A stretch of DNA of 64,000 bases from a bacterium (GTDB lineage: Bacteria > Actinomycetota > Acidimicrobiia > Spongiisociales > ZC4RG35): contig JAHEIN010000001.1 of the NCBI GenBank assembly GCA_024639335.1, forward strand, positions 1,408 through 65,407, read 5' to 3'. A program made the position numbers and the translations under genes. Positions 38,813-47,487 of the stretch are shown here, one piece after another; within the stretch, counting starts at the first letter, position 1, and each line of letters opens with the position of its first letter. The notes beneath the pieces were generated by a model, which worked only from the letters and a program-made list of their open reading frames with translations, was not told the DNA's origin and made no database searches.

Positions 38813-38962
38813 TCAGGCCGGTTTCGCCATCGCGAGCGCCTGCTCGCGTGTGACATCCATCCCGTGGACCGCTCCGGCATGGTCCTTCACCTTGTCGAAG
38901 ATCTCATCGTCTGACTCGCCGACGAGGCTGACACCACATTCACAATCGACCTTCTTGGCCAT
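38813..38962 (-). CDS. DUF1059-family small metal-binding protein (49 aa; not in ORF track)
   Basis: ATG at 38962 with perfect AGGAGG 6 nt upstream. MAKKVDCECGVSLVGESDDEIFDKVKDHAGAVHGMDVTREQALAMAKPA matches the DUF1059 pattern (MAK..C..CG......eE.....H....HG). Confidence 0.55.
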   Translation of the reverse strand: MAKKVDCECGVSLVGESDDEIFDKVKDHAGAVHGMDVTREQALAMAKPA

Positions 38963-39039
38963 CGGGCACCTCCTATCGTCTGTCCCGTGATAGGACAGTA
39001 CGCGTCGAGGATTGGTGGCGGCTTGGGAACGGTTTGGCC

Positions 39040-39786
39040 ATGAATTCGATTCGCCTCTATCTCACGGGTGAGCCGACCATCGAGACTCCGACAGCCGTGG
39101 TACGGCCGGCCGATCTCGCCGGGCGTCAGGGACGTCTGGTCTTCGCTCTGCTGGCATGGCGACACCTGAGCCCTGTGCCCCGCGGGGAGGTGGCGGGGGT
39201 GCTCTGGCCGGCCGACCCTCCCGGGTCGTGGGAGACGACTCTGTCAGCCGTGGTCAGCAACCTCCGCAAGGGCCTGGGGTCAGGCGTCGGGATCGAGCAT
39301 GCCGTCGGCTGCTATCGGCTCGAGGTGCCACCCGACGTGTGGATCGACGTCGAAGCGGCCTACGGCGCCGTTCACGAAGCTGAAGGCGCGATCAGGAAAG
39401 GCGAGATGGGCCCGGTGTACGCCTGGTCGGGCGTGGCGACCGCGATCACCCGCAGAGCGTTTCTCGCAGGTGAAGACGGCGCATGGGTAGATGCGCGCCG
39501 TCGCGAGCTGGCTGCACTGCGGATCCGGGCACTCGAGGCTGCCATCGAGTTCTGCGTCTGGAACGGCGAGCGGGGACCGGCAACCCGGTATGCAGAGTCG
39601 CTGATCGAGATGGACCCGCTGCGTGAGTCGTCGTACCGCAGGCTCATGTCGGCGGCAGCGGCAGCGGGTGACCGATCGGCGGCGGCCAGGGCGTACGAAC
39701 GCTGTCGCACGGTGCTCGCCGACGAGCTCGGGATCTTCCCCCACCCCGACACCGAGGCTCTCTACGACGACATCCTCCGTGCCTGA
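39040..39786 (+). CDS. SARP/AfsR-family transcriptional regulator (OmpR-type winged helix + BTAD domain)
   Basis: N-terminal winged-helix DNA-binding region and C-terminal BTAD (ESSYRRLMSAAAAAGDRSAAARAYERCRTVLADELGIFP). Confidence 0.7.
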   Translation: MNSIRLYLTGEPTIETPTAVVRPADLAGRQGRLVFALLAWRHLSPVPRGEVAGVLWPADPPGSWETTLSAVVSNLRKGLGSGVGIEHAVGCYRLEVPPDVWIDVEAAYGAVHEAEGAIRKGEMGPVYAWSGVATAITRRAFLAGEDGAWVDARRRELAALRIRALEAAIEFCVWNGERGPATRYAESLIEMDPLRESSYRRLMSAAAAAGDRSAAARAYERCRTVLADELGIFPHPDTEALYDDILRA

Positions 39787-39893
39787 CGCGAAGCGAACGG
39801 AAGATCGACGGTTGTGCCCGCCTACCTCAATAGCTGGGCAAGCCCGGGCTCACCCACGTCCGAAGGTTCGATCAGACGATATCCACTTAGCCG

Positions 39894-40286
39894 TCAGCCG
39901 GCGGCGAGCTTCTCCATCGCAGCCCTGATCAACGTCTCGGCCTCGGCAGCGATCGGAGCGATGTCCTCCTCACCGGTCACCTGCGACATCAGCCCCGGGT
40001 CCATCGCCTCCACCAGCACCCCATGGTCCGCCTTTCGCACCACGACGTTGCACGGCAACAAGGAGCCGATGCGACGTTGCACGTCGAGCGCCCGGCCCGC
40101 CAGGTTCGGGTTGCAGGCGCCGATGATCACGTAAGGCTCGATCTTCTTGCCGATCTTCGCTTCGAGCGTCGCGCGAACGTCGATCTCGGTCAACGTACCG
40201 AATCCTTGCTCCGCCAACGCAGCCTTCACCACGGGCAGCGCCTCTTCGAACGCCATGTCCAAGGTGACCGCAGGTTCCAGAATCAT
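39894..40286 (-). CDS. DUF302 domain protein
   Basis: 130 aa with the DUF302 pattern (FEEALPVVKAALAEQGFGTLTEIDV...YVIIGACNP). Confidence 0.7.
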   Translation of the reverse strand: MILEPAVTLDMAFEEALPVVKAALAEQGFGTLTEIDVRATLEAKIGKKIEPYVIIGACNPNLAGRALDVQRRIGSLLPCNVVVRKADHGVLVEAMDPGLMSQVTGEEDIAPIAAEAETLIRAAMEKLAAG

Positions 40287-40581
40287 GAGACTCCTCTCTT
40301 CATCCCGAACGCTACACCCCCGGTCGGTGCGCTCGGTCGGAGCCCGCGTGTTGGTCGATCAGGCGGGCCAACCAGATGTCTATTTGAACTGGCGGACACG
40401 GTTCCGCCTTTCGATGCCTCAACGCCCCCATCGAACACTCCCAGGTCCGCTCGGATTCTGTCCAACCTTCGGTCTGACGACGGTTGCATTGGACGGTGGT
40501 ACAGCCGTAACGTCTCGCTGTGCCTCGAATGCCCTCACCTGCCGTAGTCCGGCCGAGAACCGGATCGCACGTGTCGGCCCG

Positions 40582-41622
40582 ATGACGACCATCTGGCACC
40601 TCGCTGCGTTTCTGTTTGGGCTGGCCATCGTCGCCGCGACGGTCATGTCGGCGGTCCGGACGATCGTCCTCCCACACGGGAGATCGGCAAACCTGACCCG
40701 ATTCCTCTTCGTGACCGTTCGCAGTGTGCTCTCAGTTCGCAGGTTCTTGCCCGTGTCCGATGGCAGCCACCACGAACTGCAGTCGCTCTACGCTCCACTC
40801 ACGCTCGTGATGCTCCCGCTCGTCTGGATCACCACATCGCTGGCGGGCTTCACTCTGATCTTCTGGTCGCTGGGGATCGATGACGTCACGACCGCCTTCA
40901 AGTACGCAGGCTCGGCGATGTTGACGATCGGCTTCGCCGACACCGACCAGCTATCGCTTCTGATCGCCACGTTCACCGCTGCGGGGCTCACGATCTCGCT
41001 CTTTGCGCTGCTCCTCGTGACGTACCTTCCAACCATGTATCAGGCGTATTCCTCCCGGGAGACGGCGTTGGCAGCGCTGGAGACGTTCGCCGGTGAGCCG
41101 GCCGACCCCGGCGCTCTCATCATCCGCCATCACCGGATCGGAGCGCTCGACCGCCTCGACCAGCTGTGGACCGAGTGGCAAGGACACTTCTTCGAGTTGC
41201 GCGAGACTCACACGGCACTTCCTGCCGTTGCCCTCTTCCGGTCCTCGACGCCAGAGCGTCACTGGGTGCGGTCGGCCGAGGCACTCTTGGACGCTGCGTC
41301 CCTGTGGAATTCGGCTTGCATCCCGGACGAGGATCCCGAAGCCAGTCTCTGCATCCGCGCCGGGTCCCTGGCCTTGGCGGACATCGCCAGATTCTTCCGG
41401 ATCGACGTCCCGCACAAGTACACGAAAGGGGACCCGATCTCCGTCGATCGCAAGCACTTCGACCATCTGATCGAACGACTCCAACGCGCCGGTGTACCCC
41501 TCGTGGCAGATCTCGACGCAGCGTGGGAGGATTGGGCCGGCTGGCGCGTGAACTACGACTCGGCGGTGATTGCGCTGTCGAACGTGACATCCGCTCCCGC
41601 CAACGGCCGAGATCGGGACTGA
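40582..41622 (+). CDS. Ion-channel-like membrane protein (3 TM with pore-helix/filter-like segment TIGFAD) plus cytoplasmic domain
   Basis: ORF 40147..41622 trimmed to the ATG at 40582 because the upstream part overlaps DUF302 on the other strand. TM-pore-TM arrangement with AMLTIGFADTD resembling the K-channel TxGYGD filter. Confidence 0.5.
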   Translation: MTTIWHLAAFLFGLAIVAATVMSAVRTIVLPHGRSANLTRFLFVTVRSVLSVRRFLPVSDGSHHELQSLYAPLTLVMLPLVWITTSLAGFTLIFWSLGIDDVTTAFKYAGSAMLTIGFADTDQLSLLIATFTAAGLTISLFALLLVTYLPTMYQAYSSRETALAALETFAGEPADPGALIIRHHRIGALDRLDQLWTEWQGHFFELRETHTALPAVALFRSSTPERHWVRSAEALLDAASLWNSACIPDEDPEASLCIRAGSLALADIARFFRIDVPHKYTKGDPISVDRKHFDHLIERLQRAGVPLVADLDAAWEDWAGWRVNYDSAVIALSNVTSAPANGRDRD

Positions 41623-41768
41623 AGCGCTCCCTTCATCCGGCTGCGCCGGCCGGATGTGGACCCCAGACCACCAAGGGCTCGTCAAGCCGGGCCCGCGCCG
41701 ATCAATCACCCTCGGAAGCTGACCTTCGGCACTTGGAAAGAGGTCTTCAACGATCGACGCTCGGGAAC

Positions 41769-43217
41769 ATGGGGCGGCTCGTTGCGACGACTGTTGCAGT
41801 CGCGGTCGGCTTGTCGTCGTGTGCGACCCCGGCAGCCGACCCGATGGCCGGCGCCCTTTGGGCCGCAGAGGCCGAGGTCGTGGCCTCGCTCCTCGAAGCC
41901 GCCTACGACACCGGAGACCCCTACGAGATGGCTCGGTTCTTCACCGCCGGCGGCACGCTCGATCTGACCGCATGGGGACTTGGACTGGCGACAACTCCAA
42001 GCGAGGTGGTGAGCATGATGGAAGAAGACGCGCTTCCCACGGGGTGCGATGTCGACCTCCAGCACCTGTTCGTCGGACTCGATGGGGCGGCGATCTGGTG
42101 GTACTCGTATGACGAGAACGTGACCCGCGACTGGATCCAGACCTACACATTCGGTGACCACAGCCGGGCTGCATCTCGTGCGTTCCGACCTCTGGGCGCT
42201 CCGCATCGACCGCCGGCGCTCGAGGAGCACACGGTGCTGACATTGATCGACCGGTACCTCGAGGCCTGGAACGGAGGGGATCCGGCTGCACTCGAGGACG
42301 TCTACTCCACCAGCGCGGTGGTCATCGATGACATTCGCCGGACCGTGTGGCGCGGGCTCGACGAGATCACGAACCGCATCGGCGATGACGCACCCGTCCA
42401 ACTCGGTCCATGGCCGAGTGTGTTCACGTACCGCTCCGGCGCACAGGTGGAGGCCATCGTGGTGCTCCAAACCGACGGGGCGTGCCCGATGCTCGAGGCG
42501 AGCCGATGGTCGCTCGACGGCGACCACATCGCCTTCGAGTCGACGTACATCCACGTCCCCTCCGCTCGTCGATGCCTGAACGACCTCGAAGACGGGTGGT
42601 GGGCGACGTTCGAGCTCGGCCCGTCACTCGACGAGAACGTGACCGGGATCCTCGACAGTGGCGGGCTGCGAGTCGACCTCGTCAACGCCAGCGCTTCACA
42701 GATGGCCTTCGCAAGATGGATGGTGGATCGTTTCCGGAGCGCCGGGCTCGGTGTGCCCGAGGTGCGGGCGATCTGGTTCCCACCATCACCGGATTGCCAT
42801 GGTCGGGCGGGTCTTGCAATCGAGTCAGATGAGCGGTACCGCGGACTCCACACCATTCGCGTCTGCACCGATCGGATCGCCGATGACGAGACCTTGTCGG
42901 GGTGGGCGCCGTCCGCCATCGCATACGGGCTCCATGAGATCGCCCACGTATGGATGCTCGATCATCTCGATGATTCGATCAGAACCGAGTTCCTCGACCG
43001 CTCCGGCCTCGAGATATGGCGCGGAAGCGAAGCCGACTGGCATGAGCGCGGCGTCGAGCACGCCGCCTTCACGATCGCATGGGGACTCACCGGTACCGAG
43101 GACGCCACGTATCCGATCCGTCCTACACCTGACTGCGATGAGCTCGCCGAGCGATTCGAGCTGTTGACGGGGCACGCGCCGATCACTCGCTGCATCGAGA
43201 TCGAGGGGTCGGAATGA
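41769..43217 (+). CDS. Lipoprotein with HExxH motif (putative zinc metallopeptidase-like)
   Basis: ORF 41166..43217 trimmed to the ATG at 41769. Signal/lipobox VAVGLSSCA. GLHEIAHVWMLDH motif in the C-terminal third. No other recognisable family. Confidence 0.5.
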   Translation: MGRLVATTVAVAVGLSSCATPAADPMAGALWAAEAEVVASLLEAAYDTGDPYEMARFFTAGGTLDLTAWGLGLATTPSEVVSMMEEDALPTGCDVDLQHLFVGLDGAAIWWYSYDENVTRDWIQTYTFGDHSRAASRAFRPLGAPHRPPALEEHTVLTLIDRYLEAWNGGDPAALEDVYSTSAVVIDDIRRTVWRGLDEITNRIGDDAPVQLGPWPSVFTYRSGAQVEAIVVLQTDGACPMLEASRWSLDGDHIAFESTYIHVPSARRCLNDLEDGWWATFELGPSLDENVTGILDSGGLRVDLVNASASQMAFARWMVDRFRSAGLGVPEVRAIWFPPSPDCHGRAGLAIESDERYRGLHTIRVCTDRIADDETLSGWAPSAIAYGLHEIAHVWMLDHLDDSIRTEFLDRSGLEIWRGSEADWHERGVEHAAFTIAWGLTGTEDATYPIRPTPDCDELAERFELLTGHAPITRCIEIEGSE

Positions 43218-43690
43218 CCGGCCTCGGCCGCATGCTCGCGATGTTCCTCACCATCTCCGTCGGTATTCCGGCCTGCTCGGGTTCGGCGGGCGAGGCATCG
43301 AGGTCGCCGCTTGCGATCGAACTGCAGATCGGGGGTGGCCAGCGGTGGTCGGCATCCGGGGAATCGATAAGGGCCGAGGTGTTGTGTGAGGAGGGATTTC
43401 ATCGTTGGGTCGGCTACCGGGCGCACGGAGGCTCACCGATCGAGTACGGCGAGGCGGCAGCGATGAAGCGAGTGGAGCCCGACTCGGTGCTTCTCGAAAC
43501 CCAGCTCGGATGCTCGGACGGGACAGGCTGGATCTCGATCGCATGGGAACCCGATCACGACGAGAACTGGATCATCGTTGGCGGCTCCGGGGCGTATGCC
43601 GGGTCGAGTGGCGGCGGTCTGTTGACGCGTGGGACCGGAGATGCCGGCGGATCATCGGTGACCTTGACAGGCGACATCGCTCGGGGCTGA
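43214..43690 (+). CDS. Hypothetical lipoprotein
   Basis: ATGA overlap with the upstream gene. Signal/lipobox ISVGIPACSG. 158 aa with a Gly/Ser-rich C-terminus. Confidence 0.45.
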   Translation: MTGLGRMLAMFLTISVGIPACSGSAGEASRSPLAIELQIGGGQRWSASGESIRAEVLCEEGFHRWVGYRAHGGSPIEYGEAAAMKRVEPDSVLLETQLGCSDGTGWISIAWEPDHDENWIIVGGSGAYAGSSGGGLLTRGTGDAGGSSVTLTGDIARG

Positions 43691-43704
43691 CGTCCGACGA
43701 CCTC

Positions 43705-45213
43705 CTAGATGCGCCCGTCCCGGATTCCCCGTTTCACCGTGTCAGCGCGGTCTCGGACCTCGTCGATGTCCGACAGGCGGTCGAGGTTCGCCAGTGGGCG
43801 ACCCATTCGATGACTCGATTCGAGCCGGGCCCGATGCCGGTCGAGGAAGTCCCAGTACAGCGTCGTGAACGGGCACGCGTCTTCTCCGACGCGATTCTTC
43901 GGGTTGTATCGGCAGTCCGAGCAGTAGTCGCTCATCCGGTTGATGTAAGCGCCACCTGAGACATAGGGCTTGGTCGCCATCCGGCCCCCATCGGCCCACA
44001 AGGCCATTCCCATCACGTTGGGGACCATCACCCACTCCGCGCCGTCGATGTACTGATCCAGCATCCAGTCCATCAGCCTGCGGGGGTGGATTCCATAGAG
44101 GTTCGCGAAGTTGGACAACACCATGAGACGAGGGATGTGGTGGACCCACGCCCGTTCCCGGAGGCCGTCGAGAGTGTCGGCGAGGCACGCCATGTCCGTG
44201 GTGGCCTCGCCGGTGAACGCGGGCGGGACATGGCGCCGATGATCCAGGACGTTCGAGTCGATGTGGTCGGGCCAGAGCCAATAGAGCCCCCATACGTACT
44301 CGCGCCAGCCGACGACCTGGCGGATGAAGCCTTCGGCGGAGTTGATCGGGACGTCTCCGTGACGGAAGGCCTCCTCGACGCGATCGCACACTTCATCAGG
44401 CATGAGCAAGCCGAGGTTGAGATAGGGACTGAGGACCGAGTGCGCGAGGTTCCATGATCCCGAAGTCATGGCGTCCTCGTAGGGACCGAAACGACCCAGC
44501 TCGTACTTCACGAAGTGATCGAGCCGCGCGAGTGCGGCCCGCCGGCTCGTCGCCCAGATTCCGATCGGCTGCTCACCATGGGTCTCGGGCAAGGATTCGA
44601 GGACTTCGTGATCGAGATCGTCCAGCTCGGAGGTCGGCGGGGTCGTGAAGATCGACGGATCGTCTGGCGGTGGTTGCCGGTTCTCTGCGTCGAAGTTCCA
44701 ACGGCCCCCGACCGGCTCACCTTTGCCGTCCATCAGGTATCCCAGCCGGTCACGGGTCCAGCGGTAGAAGGTCTCCATCTTCATGGACTTGCGGCCCTCG
44801 GCCCACGCCTCGAACTCAGAGTGGTGGCAGAGAAACTGGTTGGACCGGACCTGTGTGATGCCGAGGTCCTCGCACAAGCGTCGGGCAGCGCGGGAGTTCG
44901 GCTCGGTGGCGATGATCTCGTCGGGCTCGTGCTCATTGCGGTGTGCATCGATCCCGGCCCGAATGGTGTCGGCACGGCGATGATCCACCTCGAATCCGAC
45001 CTGCTCGAGCTCGGCGGCGAACCTGCGCATCGCTGCGACCACGAAATGATTGCGCTGGACGTGACGGCTTCGATTCAGGAGCCCCGCGCTCTCGACCAGG
45101 AGCACCCTCGTCGAGTCGGGGTCGGCGTCGGCGAGGGCACCGATTCTTCGGTTGAGTTGGTCACCGAACACGACAACAGTCTGCACGCAGCTCTGGTTCC
45201 CGTTCCACGGCAT
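43705..45213 (-). CDS. FeS-BCP family cryptochrome/photolyase (PhrB/CryB-like (6-4) photolyase)
   Basis: Start trimmed to the ATG at 45213. Photolyase N-terminal alpha/beta domain. C-terminal four-Cys cluster (CLADTLD ... CSDCRYNPKNRVGEDACPF) diagnostic of the iron-sulfur bacterial cryptochrome/photolyase clade. Confidence 0.8.
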   Translation of the reverse strand: MPWNGNQSCVQTVVVFGDQLNRRIGALADADPDSTRVLLVESAGLLNRSRHVQRNHFVVAAMRRFAAELEQVGFEVDHRRADTIRAGIDAHRNEHEPDEIIATEPNSRAARRLCEDLGITQVRSNQFLCHHSEFEAWAEGRKSMKMETFYRWTRDRLGYLMDGKGEPVGGRWNFDAENRQPPPDDPSIFTTPPTSELDDLDHEVLESLPETHGEQPIGIWATSRRAALARLDHFVKYELGRFGPYEDAMTSGSWNLAHSVLSPYLNLGLLMPDEVCDRVEEAFRHGDVPINSAEGFIRQVVGWREYVWGLYWLWPDHIDSNVLDHRRHVPPAFTGEATTDMACLADTLDGLRERAWVHHIPRLMVLSNFANLYGIHPRRLMDWMLDQYIDGAEWVMVPNVMGMALWADGGRMATKPYVSGGAYINRMSDYCSDCRYNPKNRVGEDACPFTTLYWDFLDRHRARLESSHRMGRPLANLDRLSDIDEVRDRADTVKRGIRDGRI

Positions 45214-45413
45214 TTCAAACAGCCTGTTCCGTACCCGGACTCTGGACTCATTCGTTGCTGACCTGCGACCCTGGCGCTTTCCACCTGAGCATGATCGACT
45301 CCGTCCAGGGGTCGTCGGCTGCTTGAATCGAGTTCGACCAGGAGGCATCGATGCGCAACCGAATGAGAGCTCTCCGACGCGTCGATCGCCCGTTTCTCGG
45401 GCCGGACGGCTGA

Positions 45414-47486
45414 ATGGCAACCAGCCTCTACATCGCTTCCCTGGAACCGAGGGCCGGCAAGTCCGTGGTCGCGCTCGGCTTGATGGAGCTCCTGAGCGCC
45501 CGAATCGAGCGACTCGCCTATTTTCGGCCGGTCGTGCCAGACCTATCGGACGTTCGGAGCGAACTCATTCGGGCGCGATTCCCCGGCGCCGAGGTCGCCC
45601 ACGCCTACACCGTCGAGGAGGTCGAGGTGCTGCTCGCCGACGGCCGCAACGAGGACGTCTATCGCGGGGTCCTCGAGAGGTTCCGTTCGCTGACCCGAGC
45701 AGCCGACTTCGTGCTGTGTGACGGCACCGACTACACGGGGGTCTCGGCGACCTACGAGTTCAGCTTCAATGCCGAGCTCGCCAACCATCTCGGCGCACCG
45801 GTGGTGATCCTCATCAACGGCCACGGGCGAGAGGCGGAAGACGTCGTTGAGAGCGCAAAGGTCGCCCGCGAGTCCCTCATGCGCGAGGGCTGCACACTGG
45901 CCGCGACGATCGTCAACCGGGTCGAGGCCGGCGACATCGACGCCATCTCGGCCGCTCTCGGCACGGTGCGGGGTCACGAACCCGAGTTCACGATCCCCGA
46001 GACGTCGCTGCTGGGAATGCCGACGTTTGCCGAAGTGGTCGAAGCGCTCGATGCGATCCCCGTGATCCCATCGGGCGAGGCCGAGCAGAACCGCGAGATC
46101 ACGGCCTACAAGATCGCCGCCATGTCTCTTCCGAACTTCCTCGACCACGTGGGCGACGGCTATCTCGTGATGGTGCCGGGTGACCGATCGGATCTGATCG
46201 TCGGCGCGGTGGCAAGCCGGATGTCCAACACCTACGCGAACCTCGCCGGCCTCATCCTCACCGGCGGGTTGGAACCGGCGCACGAGGTGCTGCACCTCAT
46301 CGAAGGCATCGAAGAGGCTCGCCTGCCGATCTATGCCGTCGACACCGACACCTTCCAGACCGCCCAGGATGTCGCTGCGGTGACCGCAGTGATGCGGCCG
46401 TCGAGTGAGCGCAAGATCTCGGCCGCACTGGGCCTCTTCGAACGGCATGTCGACGCCGAACTCCTCGCAAAACAGATCGACATCACCAGATCCGATCGAG
46501 TCACGCCTCTCATGTTCGAATACGACCTGATCGAACGGGCGAGAGCAGCGGACAAGCACATCGTCCTGCCCGAAGGCACCGACGACCGCATCCTCGACGC
46601 CGCCGAGATCCTCATCCGACGGGACGTCGTGAAGCTGACGTTGCTCGGGGAAGTCGACCGCGTCGCTCCCAGGATCGCCGAGCGCGGCCTGCCTCCGGGA
46701 TCGGTGAAGATCATCGACCCGGCGACGTCTTCGCTCCGGGATCCACTGGCGCACCGCTACCAGGAGTTGCGATCTCACCGGGGCATCGCGTTGGAGAACG
46801 CTCTCGATGTGATGCTCGACGTCAACCAGTTCGGCACGATGATGGTCGAGACCGGACTCGTCGATGGGATGGTGTCCGGAGCCGCCCACACGACCCAGGC
46901 CACGGTGCGCCCCGCTCTCCAGGTGATCAAGACGCGGCCGGGTGTGAGCATCGTCTCCTCGGTGTTCCTGATGCTGTTGGCCGACCGGGTGCTCGTGTAC
47001 GGCGACTGCGCCGTGAACCCGAATCCCAACGCCGAGCAACTCGCCGACATCGCCATCAGTTCGGCGGAGACGGCCGAGCGTTTCGGGATCGATCCGGTGG
47101 TTGCCATGCTGTCGTACTCGACCGGTGAATCCGGAACGGGGGAAGACGTGCAACGCGTTCGGGAGGCGACCGGGCTCGCCAGGGAACGCCGACCCGACCT
47201 TCGAATCGATGGGCCGATCCAGTACGACGCCGCCATCGACGCCTCCGTCGGAAGCAAGAAGCTGCCCGAGTCGAGCGTGGCCGGGCAGGCGACCGTGTTC
47301 ATCTTCCCCGACCTCAACACGGGCAACAACACCTACAAGGCCGTCCAGCGCTCGGCCGGCGCCATCGCCGTCGGCCCGGTTCTGCAGGGCCTCAACAAAC
47401 CGGTCAATGACCTGTCGCGAGGATGCGAGGTGGCCGACATCGTCAACACCGTTGCGATCACAGCGATCCAGGCGGAGGAAAGCTGA
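45414..47486 (+). CDS. pta: Phosphate acetyltransferase (long form with N-terminal DRTGG/P-loop domain)
   Basis: 690 aa. N-terminal LYIASLEPRAGKS. C-terminal PTA_PTB domain (SGAAHTT...GDCAVNPNP...DLSRG). Confidence 0.9.
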   Translation: MATSLYIASLEPRAGKSVVALGLMELLSARIERLAYFRPVVPDLSDVRSELIRARFPGAEVAHAYTVEEVEVLLADGRNEDVYRGVLERFRSLTRAADFVLCDGTDYTGVSATYEFSFNAELANHLGAPVVILINGHGREAEDVVESAKVARESLMREGCTLAATIVNRVEAGDIDAISAALGTVRGHEPEFTIPETSLLGMPTFAEVVEALDAIPVIPSGEAEQNREITAYKIAAMSLPNFLDHVGDGYLVMVPGDRSDLIVGAVASRMSNTYANLAGLILTGGLEPAHEVLHLIEGIEEARLPIYAVDTDTFQTAQDVAAVTAVMRPSSERKISAALGLFERHVDAELLAKQIDITRSDRVTPLMFEYDLIERARAADKHIVLPEGTDDRILDAAEILIRRDVVKLTLLGEVDRVAPRIAERGLPPGSVKIIDPATSSLRDPLAHRYQELRSHRGIALENALDVMLDVNQFGTMMVETGLVDGMVSGAAHTTQATVRPALQVIKTRPGVSIVSSVFLMLLADRVLVYGDCAVNPNPNAEQLADIAISSAETAERFGIDPVVAMLSYSTGESGTGEDVQRVREATGLARERRPDLRIDGPIQYDAAIDASVGSKKLPESSVAGQATVFIFPDLNTGNNTYKAVQRSAGAIAVGPVLQGLNKPVNDLSRGCEVADIVNTVAITAIQAEES

Positions 47487-47487
47487 C

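Noticed and set aside
41166-41768. Upstream extension of the HExxH lipoprotein ORF, and ORF 40147..40581 upstream of the channel-like gene
   Set aside because: The extensions overlap neighbouring genes (the channel-like CDS and DUF302) and lack protein-like composition. Signal peptides and lipoboxes start at the trimmed ATGs.
47101-47487. ackA ORF extended 129 codons upstream
   Set aside because: It overlaps the 3-prime end of pta in another frame. The GTG at 47488, with GGAGGA, immediately follows the pta stop.
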